IMG/VR virus record: IMGVR_UViG_3300020048_000054
Coordinates: 1 to 64,000 of that record
Source of the DNA: a virus
Reading direction: 5' to 3' (one strand)
Length of the DNA stretch: 64,000 bases
The notes below the pieces were generated by a model, which saw nothing but the letters and a program-made list of their open reading frames with translations, was not told where the DNA came from and made no database searches. How positions within the stretch are numbered: position 1 is the stretch's first letter; every line of letters begins with the position of its first letter. Positions 19,478 to 29,145 of the stretch are shown in pieces. The translations under genes and the position numbers were made by a program.

Positions 19478-20973
19478 TTATTTTCCTTGAGTTGGAGAGA
19501 TACTACTCGGTACTTAAACTTCTCTCTAGTATATATTCTTATGCGTTCGTCCATATGATTTAGGGAATGGTTTCGATACTTTTTATGACGTAAATCGTCA
19601 CCAATATCGTACACATGAACCCCTGTTTTAGTTTCACTCTTACGCAACCCTCTTCCGATAGACTGTAGCACTCGTATTACGGATTTAGAAGGAGAAGCAA
19701 ATACAATATTGTGAATATTTCTTATGTTTATTCCAGTAGAACATGTTCCATACGAAGCAATTAGAATACTATTAGTCTGTTTGTCTACAACATTTCTAAT
19801 TTCTTCTCTCTGCTGAGCATCTGTTCCCCCGTGAATAAAGAATATATCTTTGTCAGTTATATCTCTTTTGAATGTTTCATATAGTGGCTTACCATGAAGC
19901 TCTACAAAGTTGAACAGTAATAGAGTATTTCCTTTAAGCCCTGCACACAGATTTTTAATAAATGCATTTCTTTTCCGATTTAGAATTAGCCATTTGATTT
20001 CTTCTTTGTATAACATCCTTTTTGACTCTTCAATATCTGCAGGAGTGTATTGCAATAGAAGGCAGTCAATAGAGAGATCTGACAAGAGATTCTTTTTAAT
20101 GAGTGTAGAGGTTGTTGTAACATTAAGTACCCTTCCAAATAGTCCTTCGATGACTAATTTATGTGTATGTGTTCCATCCAATGTTCCTGTTGTTCCTATA
20201 CGAATAGGACAATCAGTTAGTTTTGACATGAGTGATGATAATGACTTTGCTTTGAATAAATGACATTCATCTCCGACAACCATTTCAAATTGATCAAAGA
20301 ATTCTTTAGGCATCTTATAGATGCTTTGCCATGTAGAAATAACAACACGCTTATGTGTGTCTTTTTCTTTGCCTGATGATATAGTATAGCAGTGTCTACC
20401 TACCGACCATTTGTTTTCTTTTGAATAGTCTTCGAAGTCACTATACATCTGAGATACAAGACCGACAGTTGGGACGACTATAAGTATTTTCTTTTCTGGC
20501 TTTATGTGATCCAAAAAGAAACGGCTAAGACAATATATTATTAAAGATTTACCACTACCAGTAGGACAAAGAAGAAGAGTTCTTTCCTTCTGTATTGCTT
20601 CTGTTATGGCTCGTATTTGATAATCATGTGCAGATATTCGTTTTCCCAAAGCAGTCGGTTTTATGAACTCTTCGATATATTTTGCTACCTGATCTTCGGT
20701 GTAGTCTTTATCTACTCGGTTTGGATGCTCAACTGAGTAGTTTCTATCGTTAGCAAATTTAACAACATAATCAACCAACCCAGCATATATTGTATGTGTG
20801 AATAGATTGAATAGCCGTATTTGACCATCCCAAATTTTGTTTTTATATGCTGGTGTAAATTGATGATTCGGAACAGCAAACGTGAAGTATTGATTCAACT
20901 CCTTAGCAATACCACGTTCGCATGTTATTTTAACGTAAACCGAATTTAGATCTTCAATTACCAGATCGGACAT
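19474..20973 (-). CDS. uvsW: SF2 helicase UvsW
   Basis: WDGQIRLF, PTGSGKS, DECH, GTTGT and LQSIGRGLR. Confidence 0.96.
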   Translation of the reverse strand: MSDLVIEDLNSVYVKITCERGIAKELNQYFTFAVPNHQFTPAYKNKIWDGQIRLFNLFTHTIYAGLVDYVVKFANDRNYSVEHPNRVDKDYTEDQVAKYIEEFIKPTALGKRISAHDYQIRAITEAIQKERTLLLCPTGSGKSLIIYCLSRFFLDHIKPEKKILIVVPTVGLVSQMYSDFEDYSKENKWSVGRHCYTISSGKEKDTHKRVVISTWQSIYKMPKEFFDQFEMVVGDECHLFKAKSLSSLMSKLTDCPIRIGTTGTLDGTHTHKLVIEGLFGRVLNVTTTSTLIKKNLLSDLSIDCLLLQYTPADIEESKRMLYKEEIKWLILNRKRNAFIKNLCAGLKGNTLLLFNFVELHGKPLYETFKRDITDKDIFFIHGGTDAQQREEIRNVVDKQTNSILIASYGTCSTGINIRNIHNIVFASPSKSVIRVLQSIGRGLRKSETKTGVHVYDIGDDLRHKKYRNHSLNHMDERIRIYTREKFKYRVVSLQLKENK

Positions 20974-20978
20974 ACTAG

Positions 20979-20985
20979 TATTTAT
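20979..20985 (-). promoter_or_regulatory. T4-type late promoter upstream of uvsW
   Basis: ATAAATA-CTAGT-ATG. Confidence 0.65.
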
Positions 20986-21419
20986 TACTGACCACTAGTG
21001 AACTTTGTCCAGTCGATAATAGAGCGAATTGTCCATTGTCGATTGTTGATTATCTTGATAACATTTTCTAAGTAGCTTACCTTTTCTTTTTGGTATTCTA
21101 CTTTCATCTTTTGACGAATCACTGCGCTATCGGATTCGATTAAACGATCTAAGTCTTGCTTTAGAACGTGTAGGTCAAACTGCTCCCATTCATTTTCTTT
21201 GAGTTCATCTGCACTCATTCTTCCACTGTAATATAGCCACTTTTTAGTCTTCAGACTATCTAGTTCTGTATTCATTCGAGTTAAAGACAGCTTCTCTTCC
21301 ATAAAGAAAATTAGATACTTATTATGAATTTGAGGTGTTCGTACAGATTCCCTATCGAGTTGAGTCTCGTCTAGAGAAATATCTTTTTTGATCATTTCTT
21401 TTAATTCATCAAAGGTCAT
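20985..21419 (-). CDS. uvsY: Recombination mediator UvsY
   Basis: PQIHNKYL, KWLYYSG, INNRQWTI...IDW.KF..G; start placed at the ATG at 21419. Confidence 0.92.
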   Translation of the reverse strand: MTFDELKEMIKKDISLDETQLDRESVRTPQIHNKYLIFFMEEKLSLTRMNTELDSLKTKKWLYYSGRMSADELKENEWEQFDLHVLKQDLDRLIESDSAVIRQKMKVEYQKEKVSYLENVIKIINNRQWTIRSIIDWTKFTSGQ

Positions 21420-21427
21420 AATGTTCA

Positions 21428-21455
21428 ATCATATCACAAATCAAGAAGAAGTCAA
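21428..21455 (-). promoter_or_regulatory. Sigma70-like promoter upstream of uvsY
   Basis: TTGACT-N16-TATGAT with TGn extension, 8 nt before the ATG. Confidence 0.65.
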
Positions 21456-21968
21456 TACATTGAATTCATAATATGTGTATGTAAAATCTACAGTGGCTAA
21501 TACAGGAACATTGTCTACTGCAGTTATTGAAAACGGAAGTTCAGATAAAGCTGATGGGTATCCATTTTTAAATACTACTTCAAATTTAGCTTTATATGCA
21601 CTGTTTGTTATGCTTAAAGTTATATCAGAATATTTGTCATGATGTGGTAAATGATTAGTAGAATCTGTGTAGTTGCCTAACGCTTTAATCCAATTATAGA
21701 TTTCTTGCCAACTTCGCATACTCTCGTCTACTAAAAACTGCACTCGTAATGGCTGAAACGTATAAGCATTTCCGGGAACTGGAATATTGGTACTTAATAT
21801 TGTCGGTTGTCTTAGTTCTGCGATATTAATAGAAGGAAGAGATACTGCTTGAGCAAAGTATGATACCGTTGGTGCTCTACTAATTGCCAATCTAAAATAA
21901 TTAGTGCTAAGGTAATTATGTGTAGCTGGTCTACTTGTGTCTGTTAGAAAATCGGTATCTATTGTCAT
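21441..21968 (-). CDS. gp3: Tail completion / tube terminator protein
   Basis: NYL...F.L...P.V.YF.Q.V.LP, FLVDE.M..W.EIYNW and F.Y.YY; synteny. Confidence 0.9.
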   Translation of the reverse strand: MTIDTDFLTDTSRPATHNYLSTNYFRLAISRAPTVSYFAQAVSLPSINIAELRQPTILSTNIPVPGNAYTFQPLRVQFLVDESMRSWQEIYNWIKALGNYTDSTNHLPHHDKYSDITLSITNSAYKAKFEVVFKNGYPSALSELPFSITAVDNVPVLATVDFTYTYYEFNVLTSS

Positions 21969-21973
21969 ATTAG

Positions 21974-21980
21974 TATTTAT
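21974..21980 (-). promoter_or_regulatory. T4-type late promoter upstream of gp3
   Basis: ATAAATA-CTAAT-ATG. Confidence 0.7.
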
Positions 21981-21984
21981 CCAA

Positions 21985-22015
21985 ATAGAAAGGGGAGAGT
22001 CTTTCGACTCTCCCC
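21985..22015 (-). terminator. Rho-independent terminator after gp23
   Basis: GGGGAGAGTC-GAAA-GACTCTCCCC followed by TTTCTATTT. Confidence 0.9.
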
Positions 22016-22044
22016 GATCTTCTCCCCAGTTTAGTTACTTAGAA

Positions 22045-23451
22045 TCAGAGTCCGAAACCGGTATTACCATGTAGGTTAGTTACTTGGAAAATACGGTAGT
22101 ACTGATTAGAAGCTAGAGCATTGATGTTGGTGCTCTCTGCGAACGGATTGGCTACCATACCGTAACGGGTCTTGAACCCGATCTTTGGCTGGAAGGTGTT
22201 CTGATCGACTGCACGAACCATTTGGAGCGGAACGTATGGGCAGTAGAAAATACCAGCATCGTATGGTGATGTACCACGATAACCAACTACGCAGTAGTTA
22301 ACGCCAAGCTTGGCATACGGATCAATGTAAACCTTGATTTTGTTATTGAGAACACCGACAAAGGTGTTACCAGTATCATCAACATCAAGATTTGCAGTCA
22401 CAGCAGGAGCAAGATTCATGAAACCACCCATTGTGAGTGCGCTTGCAACGTCACTTGAGCAGATCATGAAGTTACCCTTACCACGACGAGTTTCCTTAGC
22501 GATTACGTTGCATTCACGTTCGATTTGGAACATGAGACCACGGAAACGCTCAGCACTCCAACGACCATCAGAATCGGTGTTGAGATCGTAAACGCCACCA
22601 GTTGAAGCAGCAGTCAGATCTGACTGAGTTGCACCAGTCTTAGCAACACGGTAGATGGTGTGAATTAGTTCGCGATTGATTTCGTTGAGAATTTCGGTGC
22701 TAAGAATATTAGCAAGTTCACTCTCAGCGTCAAGTCCGTGAACGGCCTTGAGATCTTGCGCCAACTCGGTTGTGTACTCAGCCTTGAGAGCGCGAGTCTT
22801 TGCTTCGACTGCAATACGCTCAATGCTAAATGCCATTTCCTGGAAGCTTCCAGGAACAGCACCAAGATTTTCACCAGTACTAGTCAACATTCCTCGGAAT
22901 GCACTGATGTCATAGGTACTTTCGCGAATACCTACGACTGGGCTGGTATTTGCATCTTGAACGCCACCAGATGTACCAACAGGATTAATACCACCTGTTG
23001 CAGAGAAAGGTGCGTTAGTAGAAGTACTACCAGAACCACCGAACTTAGCGAAGGCTTCTGCGTACAGAGCTTCTGGACCACCTTGGGAGTTATATTTGCT
23101 ACGCATTGCAAAGATAAGACCGGTTGGAGCAGTCATCGGCTGCACACCTGCGATATCATAAGCAATCAGATTTGGCATTGAACGACGAACCAAGCTAATT
23201 AAGATTGGATCATAACCAGCGAGGTTTGAATTTGGTGTACCAACTTGACCAGTTTGAAAATTACCACCCATTGCATTTGCAGGTGCTTCGACAAGATATT
23301 GCTCGCGAAGAGCCTTCTCTTGATTCTCTAATAGTACAGCGGTAACTTTGCGCTTGTAGCTATCCCCGATTACGGGAAGTGCGTCATGTGAAAGTAGGGG
23401 TTCCCACTTCTCGGTAAGTACGTCATACGACGATGTAGTTGAAAAATCCAT
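22045..23451 (-). CDS. gp23: Major capsid protein
   Basis: LLENQ, GVQPMTAPTGLIFAMR, RALKAEYT.ELAQDLKAVHGLDAE and FQPKIGFKTRYG. Confidence 0.98.
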   Translation of the reverse strand: MDFSTTSSYDVLTEKWEPLLSHDALPVIGDSYKRKVTAVLLENQEKALREQYLVEAPANAMGGNFQTGQVGTPNSNLAGYDPILISLVRRSMPNLIAYDIAGVQPMTAPTGLIFAMRSKYNSQGGPEALYAEAFAKFGGSGSTSTNAPFSATGGINPVGTSGGVQDANTSPVVGIRESTYDISAFRGMLTSTGENLGAVPGSFQEMAFSIERIAVEAKTRALKAEYTTELAQDLKAVHGLDAESELANILSTEILNEINRELIHTIYRVAKTGATQSDLTAASTGGVYDLNTDSDGRWSAERFRGLMFQIERECNVIAKETRRGKGNFMICSSDVASALTMGGFMNLAPAVTANLDVDDTGNTFVGVLNNKIKVYIDPYAKLGVNYCVVGYRGTSPYDAGIFYCPYVPLQMVRAVDQNTFQPKIGFKTRYGMVANPFAESTNINALASNQYYRIFQVTNLHGNTGFGL

Positions 23452-23480
23452 TTCTGTATCTCCTTATTATTTGTGTGGAA

Positions 23481-24440
23481 TTAGATTTTGTTCTGTTTAG
23501 CAATACGATCCAAAGTACTCATGTATGCGTTCATACTTGAACTAATATTCTGAGTGATTTGTTTGTTTGTTGTCTCTTCGACAAGCATATTATTTGTGGT
23601 AGGAACAGTGTTGAAATAACTGCCCTTTAGAATGTTGAGTTTCTCTTGATACTGATCAAGGCTTTCGAAATCTACGCCTTCAGCGAGAGATGCGAATTTT
23701 GAAACTTCGACATCAGATAAACCTTCTGAGACATTAGCGAAGATGTTACCAGCTTCGTATGCCAATAGTTGTTTCTTGAGTTCGATGTTTGACTGAATCT
23801 GCTCATTGAGATTGGTTTCGAGTTGTTCGTTTTCTTCGAAGAGGCCATCGATAACATCATACTTCTCTTCTGGAACTTCGATGTAGTGAGTCTCAAAGAG
23901 TTCCTTGAGTCCAGCCATGAAGTTCTCTGCGATCTCGGTACGAACACCATTCTCGACTGCGAGTTTGTTGTCTTCCATCCACTCTTCAACGACATACCCT
24001 AGGTAGTCATCAAGACGAGAAGCTAGTTCATTGACTGCAGTCTCGACTTCTTCTTGAACAACAGCAGCGGCTTCAGCAACTACTTGTTCGCGAAGAACAT
24101 TGACGCGCTGATTAATAGCTGCTTCAAAGATGGTGGTAGCTTTGGTCATGAATTCTTCAGACAATGATTCACCATCGAAGAGAGCTTCGAGATGCTCTTG
24201 CATCTCTTTTTGACCGTCTTCTTCTTCTTCATCACCTTCTTTAGCCATTGCTGGTTTAGCACCTCCTAGTGAGTTGCCTTCACCACCTGGTCCTGGAGCA
24301 ACGCTACCGGGACGAAGTGTGCCTTGATTGGCAGCAGGATTTGGATTGAAGTTCTGAAAAGGATTTACTTGAACACCTTTTCCAGATGCATCTTTGGTGT
24401 AAGTCATTGCGTCCATAGCCATATTGTTTTTCTGTTCCAT
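23481..24440 (-). CDS. gp22: Prohead core scaffold protein
   Basis: LSEEF..KA.TIFEAA, DDYLGYVVEEW..DN.LA and LFETHYI.VPEEK. Confidence 0.93.
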   Translation of the reverse strand: MEQKNNMAMDAMTYTKDASGKGVQVNPFQNFNPNPAANQGTLRPGSVAPGPGGEGNSLGGAKPAMAKEGDEEEEDGQKEMQEHLEALFDGESLSEEFMTKATTIFEAAINQRVNVLREQVVAEAAAVVQEEVETAVNELASRLDDYLGYVVEEWMEDNKLAVENGVRTEIAENFMAGLKELFETHYIEVPEEKYDVIDGLFEENEQLETNLNEQIQSNIELKKQLLAYEAGNIFANVSEGLSDVEVSKFASLAEGVDFESLDQYQEKLNILKGSYFNTVPTTNNMLVEETTNKQITQNISSSMNAYMSTLDRIAKQNKI

Positions 24441-24472
24441 ATTTTTCCTATCCTCTTATTAAGAGCTAAAGT

Positions 24473-24479
24473 TATTTAG
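24473..24479 (-). promoter_or_regulatory. T4-type late promoter upstream of gp22
   Basis: CTAAATA about 32 nt before the ATG; SD-like AGAGGA/AGGA downstream. Confidence 0.6.
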
Positions 24480-24501
24480 TAAAAGTTTGTTTTTAGGTCG
24501 T

Positions 24502-25374
24502 TTACCGATGGTCATGCTGTGATATCATTTTATACACTCTATAGTATCTCTCTTCTGGAATTGGTTTTCTTCTTCCTGTAAGAGCACCAATACCAGCACC
24601 TATAAGTCCACCAACTGGGCCACCAACCATAGTCCCAGCTATTGCTCCAACACCTGCTCGTGCCATTCTACTTCCTCCGCGTGGATCAAATCTGCCCGGT
24701 GTTGCAGCAACTGCTGGTGATGTTGCTGTTGCAGCAGATCCTGGAGTTCCCGGTGTTTTCATGGCATCGTATGCAACTTTTCCAGCATCATATAAACCTT
24801 GAATAAGTCGTCCGGGATCACCAAATCGATCTGGTCTTCTATTTGCACTGCCTCCAATTGAACTAAAGGCACTAGCAAGGCCACCGACAACCGTATCGGC
24901 TTTTTGTCGTCTAGCTGAAATTCCAGTTGAAGTTGTAGCTGGTGGTGGAGGTGCAGGCGGCGCGGGCGGTGGTGGCGGTGGAAGCGGTGGTGGTGGATAT
25001 ACCGGAGGTGTTCCAGGATTGGCTCCAGTTCCTTTATTTTGCCTTGCACGCTTTGCAAGAGCTGTTGCCATCATTGCTTGTCTTTGTGCTGGAGTCACTG
25101 GAGCATTAGCTTGTCGATTTGCTAATATAGCTCTACCCACACGAAACTGAATTGGTGCTTGTTGTTCTGCTTTTGTATCGTTAAAATTAGCGACAGTTTC
25201 TTCCCCGGCTGCATCTCTGTGACGAATTCTTGCGTTTGCACCCGTACCAAGAATTTTAGTATCTCCTGGCGCCACCCATAGTCCGTTTTTATTTACCCAA
25301 TCCGCAGGAATTCCAGGCGGCTGTATAGCTTCGTCTATTGTTATAGTGAAATTGTATGGGTTAAATTTAAACAT
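24502..25374 (-). CDS. Pro/Ala-rich protein with a C-terminal glycine zipper; possible internal head protein
   Basis: Lies between gp21 and gp22; poly-Pro tract; GVGAIAGTMVGGPVGGLIGAGIGAL. Confidence 0.65.
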   Translation of the reverse strand: MFKFNPYNFTITIDEAIQPPGIPADWVNKNGLWVAPGDTKILGTGANARIRHRDAAGEETVANFNDTKAEQQAPIQFRVGRAILANRQANAPVTPAQRQAMMATALAKRARQNKGTGANPGTPPVYPPPPLPPPPPPAPPAPPPPATTSTGISARRQKADTVVGGLASAFSSIGGSANRRPDRFGDPGRLIQGLYDAGKVAYDAMKTPGTPGSAATATSPAVAATPGRFDPRGGSRMARAGVGAIAGTMVGGPVGGLIGAGIGALTGRRKPIPEERYYRVYKMISQHDHR

Positions 25375-26018
25375 TAAAGCTTTCTAAAGAAATTTTCAAA
25401 TAGGGTTAGTGCTTTTTTCTCTAGATTTCTAGTAGATGATTTCTTTATGATGCGTTTTGCTTCCATCAAATCTTGTTCGTACCATGAACCATTATTCCAA
25501 ACCCATTCTTTACCTTCCATGATGCCATTTACAAAAGCACCGGGAGCAGAAGGATCTGCAACGATATCAATCGCAGATAACATTAAATCTGGTTGAACAA
25601 TCTTCTTACCATTTTGTTCGATGAGGGAACCCATCGCACGAGAGCTTACACCGAGCTTAGCACCCTCTCTAATGAGTTCTGCAGTAATTTTGCCCATAGG
25701 AGTGCTTTCCATGATTTTTGCTTTTCCGTAGCACTTTGGGCCACGAAATTCTAACATGGTAATTCTATGGCTAACTCTGTCAAGATTGATCGTTGGACCA
25801 GTTGGATGTCCGAGTTCACCGAATGCTCTATTGTTATTTACAAACTCGGTAATGTATCTACCGACTTCTTTGTTTAGAGTATCGAATGGATATACTCGAC
25901 CATTGCGATTCATCTCATCCGATACCATGAACACACCCTCGATGAACATCGATTTTTTATCATCGGTGCCTTCGGTAATGTACTTAATGTCTTCTATAGT
26001 TTCGGTAATGAGTTTCAT
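25374..26018 (-). CDS. gp21: Prohead protease
   Basis: MKLITE, NRNGRVYP, GELGHP, GVSSRAMGS and DIVADPSAP.AFV. Confidence 0.96.
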   Translation of the reverse strand: MKLITETIEDIKYITEGTDDKKSMFIEGVFMVSDEMNRNGRVYPFDTLNKEVGRYITEFVNNNRAFGELGHPTGPTINLDRVSHRITMLEFRGPKCYGKAKIMESTPMGKITAELIREGAKLGVSSRAMGSLIEQNGKKIVQPDLMLSAIDIVADPSAPGAFVNGIMEGKEWVWNNGSWYEQDLMEAKRIIKKSSTRNLEKKALTLFENFFRKL

Positions 26019-26509
26019 TAGTTGGCTTTTCTTCCTTTGAACTTCTTGCTCTCGCTCATGCTGGTTGGAAAGAATGCTTTTCTATTCATTTTCTCTGCAT
26101 CATTCTCTCCAGCTTCTTCGGGTGAGCGACCATATTCGCCTTTTTCTTCACCGTCATCTTCGTCGCCCTCGTCGCCTTCATCCTCATCCTCTTCTTCCTC
26201 TTCTTCTTCCTCTTCTTCTTCGTCACCTTCATCTTCGTCCTTCATAGCACGAGCGACAGCAGATCGACGATTCTTTATGTAATCATCGCTCTCGTCTGAA
26301 TCTCCGTCGTTGTCAACATCTTCATCTTCTTCGCCTACTGGATCAAGTTCTTCATCCTTCTTTTCATCTAGAAAAGTCTCAGGAGCATACTCTTGGAACT
26401 TAGACTGAAGACGCTCAGATAACTTCTGCAGAAGAATCTCGGTAGCAATCTTCTTGGATTCAATTATGTTTTCTTGAATGACGCTTTTGATTAGTTTGTT
26501 TGTATCCAT
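26018..26509 (-). CDS. Highly acidic prohead core protein (gp67-like)
   Basis: Position between portal and protease; Asp/Glu tracts. Confidence 0.6.
   Translation of the reverse strand: MDTNKLIKSVIQENIIESKKIATEILLQKLSERLQSKFQEYAPETFLDEKKDEELDPVGEEDEDVDNDGDSDESDDYIKNRRSAVARAMKDEDEGDEEEEEEEEEEEDEDEGDEGDEDDGEEKGEYGRSPEEAGENDAEKMNRKAFFPTSMSESKKFKGRKAN
26150..26240. repeat. Low-complexity (TCT/TCC/TCG)n tract encoding poly-Glu/Asp
   Basis: Visible trinucleotide run. Confidence 0.8.
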
Positions 26510-26511
26510 TT

Positions 26512-26949
26512 TTATCTCCCGTATAACTTTTCTGCAGTTTGAACTGCTTTTTTAAACCCATATTCAGATTCCTGAATTAGATTTACTAATTTGTCTTTGT
26601 GTAAACTATTTAGAGAATTATATAGTTCTGCTAGGTATTTAGCCATTTGTGGAGTTAGTTCTAAACTAGAACCATCTCTTGCTGTCATCCAATGAGTTCT
26701 ATTGGTGGTTATTGCACTATTTACCTCATTAATTGGCATATAGACCTTTTTGCTAGGTTCTATAACTGCTTCTTTAATGATTACTGGTTTTGGTTCAATC
26801 CTAGTGTGTTCAAACAATTTTTCTGATTCATCAATGTATTTGTTGCTGACTTGAATGGACATCTTGTCTTCAAGAATGGAATATAGTTCCTTCTTGAATA
26901 ATTCCTTGTCGCTCATCATGAGTGCTACAAATTCTGGTTTAATGCTCAT
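26512..26949 (-). CDS. Putative prohead core protein (gp67/68 region)
   Basis: DGSSLELTP..A..L..LYNSLN motif; synteny. Confidence 0.55.
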   Translation of the reverse strand: MSIKPEFVALMMSDKELFKKELYSILEDKMSIQVSNKYIDESEKLFEHTRIEPKPVIIKEAVIEPSKKVYMPINEVNSAITTNRTHWMTARDGSSLELTPQMAKYLAELYNSLNSLHKDKLVNLIQESEYGFKKAVQTAEKLYGR

Positions 26950-28532
26950 TATTGCTGCGGTGGGGGTTGACCACCATCCTGTTGTTCCGGTTGAATTCCA
27001 AGAGACATCATCTGTTGCTGTTGCTCTACTTGCTTAATCATAGCTTCCTGCTGTTCAGTTGCAATTTGAGCATTGATTTCAATGATTTCTTCATCAGTTT
27101 GCTTAAGTATAGATTTACGAATGTATTCATCTGAATAATATCTTCCAACATATGGAGTAAGATTATTTAGCATATCCATTCTGTCACGCATGATGTCATT
27201 TTCTTTCAATTCATTAAAGTATGAGTCTTTATTAAACTTGAAAGTAATGTCGTGCTGAATCTTACTCCACTCATCCTCTGTCATGATTCCTTTGAGAATC
27301 ACTTGAGTCTTGAGCATGTCTACTAACATAGATGCAAATCGAAGACGAAGACGCTCTACAAACTTATAGAACTTAACTTCATCTCTTGTGATCTCAGCAG
27401 ATCTTCCCATATTAAAACCGGATTCGGCTTCCAATCTAGAAATTGGAACATTAAGAGACCTATAGAGTTTCTTCTGTAGGTACATAACATCTTCCATCTC
27501 TCCGAGGTTTTGTCCCCCGTCGAGTGTTTGAATCTCAGTTCCTCTTCCACCTTCTCTACGAGGTAGCCAGAAGTCTTCAAGCATGTGCTGGTGACTTCTA
27601 TCGTCTCGAATTTGACCAGTTGCAGAATCGTATGTAATCTTGTTACGATAGCGATTCATGATCTCTCGAAGATATTGTTCTGCTTTTTGTTTTGGCAAAT
27701 TACCAACGTCGATATAGAAGATTCTACGCTCAGGAGCGCGAGAAATTCTATAGATTACTACTGCGTCTTCAATCTGTCGCAACATGTTAAGCGGACGTAT
27801 GGCTTTTTGAAGATAACCAACGACACGCTTAGTCACAGAATCAACAACCCCGGAGTGTGCATATGTAACGCTATCTATTGTAAATTTATAGCCAGAAGGC
27901 GTGGTTGGATACATTGCTTCTTTGTCGGTATCGACATAGACATAGTATTCTTCTATCTTCTTGATAAAAGGAATAATCTGACCACCAACAACTCTGGTTC
28001 TATCTTTTTCTATCTTACGAACCTTCTTGATCTTTATGGGATCAATTGGTATGAGAGAAATCAATCCACGTTGTGGGTTTTGTTTATCAATCTCTTTATA
28101 GTAAAACACTTTGCTATCAACATACCAACGGCGAAAAATCTCATGGCATTTGTTGGTAAAGTCTAGCAGCTTTAAAACATGGTTGTATTCATAATACATT
28201 TTTGTTTTAATTGTGTCTGGTAGATTAACGTAATCAAGATTCAATTTAACAGGCTTTCTGTCTTCGCCCATTACGATTGTTTCGTTTACTATGTCTTCTA
28301 CCGCAGCATCAACTTCCGAGTGTAAAACCATGCCGCGATACTGACCAATTAATTGATTCTCATCCCTAATGGAACCGGAGAAGTCAATGGACGTGCCAAA
28401 GACTCCTCCGGTTTCAAATGTATATGAACCATCGTAAGGCTCAGGAGTTACTGGAATCTGTGATGATTCCAGAGTTTTTTCATCCTGATCTTTTTTCTTA
28501 CCAAAACTAAAACCAAAGACTTCAATTGCCAT
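26949..28532 (-). CDS. gp20: Portal vertex protein
   Basis: EDAVVIYRISRAPERRIFYIDVGNLPKQKAEQY and EDFWLPRREGGRGTEI. Confidence 0.98.
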   Translation of the reverse strand: MAIEVFGFSFGKKKDQDEKTLESSQIPVTPEPYDGSYTFETGGVFGTSIDFSGSIRDENQLIGQYRGMVLHSEVDAAVEDIVNETIVMGEDRKPVKLNLDYVNLPDTIKTKMYYEYNHVLKLLDFTNKCHEIFRRWYVDSKVFYYKEIDKQNPQRGLISLIPIDPIKIKKVRKIEKDRTRVVGGQIIPFIKKIEEYYVYVDTDKEAMYPTTPSGYKFTIDSVTYAHSGVVDSVTKRVVGYLQKAIRPLNMLRQIEDAVVIYRISRAPERRIFYIDVGNLPKQKAEQYLREIMNRYRNKITYDSATGQIRDDRSHQHMLEDFWLPRREGGRGTEIQTLDGGQNLGEMEDVMYLQKKLYRSLNVPISRLEAESGFNMGRSAEITRDEVKFYKFVERLRLRFASMLVDMLKTQVILKGIMTEDEWSKIQHDITFKFNKDSYFNELKENDIMRDRMDMLNNLTPYVGRYYSDEYIRKSILKQTDEEIIEINAQIATEQQEAMIKQVEQQQQMMSLGIQPEQQDGGQPPPQQ

Positions 28533-28566
28533 AATATAATTATCGTTTCTGTTAAGGTGTTACTTG

Positions 28567-29145
28567 TTACGGAGCAGCAAGAAGTGTCGGAGGAGGAGGA
28601 GCGACTACCTTAGCTCCTAAAAGGAAATGTGAATATGCAATTTGAACTTGGAATGATCCAAGTTGATTTGCTGCATTCATATCTAGGGTTACTGGACCAA
28701 CCTGCACAGGCCATGCATTTAGAAGCTGCATCGTTCTAATAACATTATCAGTTTGGTGATCTAACAGCTGAACTGTAAGATCTTGACAAAACTGATCCTT
28801 CTGTTCTCTGCTTACACTTACATTTGTATCATGGTTATTAAATTGATTCGACCAATTATGGAAAAACTCCCATGTGGCCGACGTTAAAACATCATCCAAC
28901 ATCGTTACATTCCACTCATTATATGTTCTATCGCCTGGAAATTTATAAACGCGGCCACGGAAAGGAATTGGAATAATTCCAACTATGCTTTCTGGAAGAG
29001 TTGCGGCAGTACAATGAGTTTCGCGAAACAAACCGAGGGGGGAAGCTGTACCCGGAACTGTACTAGTTCCGAAAATTCTAAATCGATTTGGACGAGTTCC
29101 GCCTTTAAATGCGTCAATAAAAGTTGAAAGTTTATGAATTGGCAT
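28567..29145 (-). CDS. gp19: Tail tube protein
   Basis: GGTRPNRF, FRGR.YKFPGDRTY.EW.VT and AWP..VG. Confidence 0.93.
   Translation of the reverse strand: MPIHKLSTFIDAFKGGTRPNRFRIFGTSTVPGTASPLGLFRETHCTAATLPESIVGIIPIPFRGRVYKFPGDRTYNEWNVTMLDDVLTSATWEFFHNWSNQFNNHDTNVSVSREQKDQFCQDLTVQLLDHQTDNVIRTMQLLNAWPVQVGPVTLDMNAANQLGSFQVQIAYSHFLLGAKVVAPPPPTLLAAP

Noticed and set aside
22016-22027. Extra GGGGAGA copy upstream of the gp23 terminator as an antiterminator
   Set aside because: It could form only 7 bp against the 10-bp GAAA-capped terminator stem; no evidence of a switch
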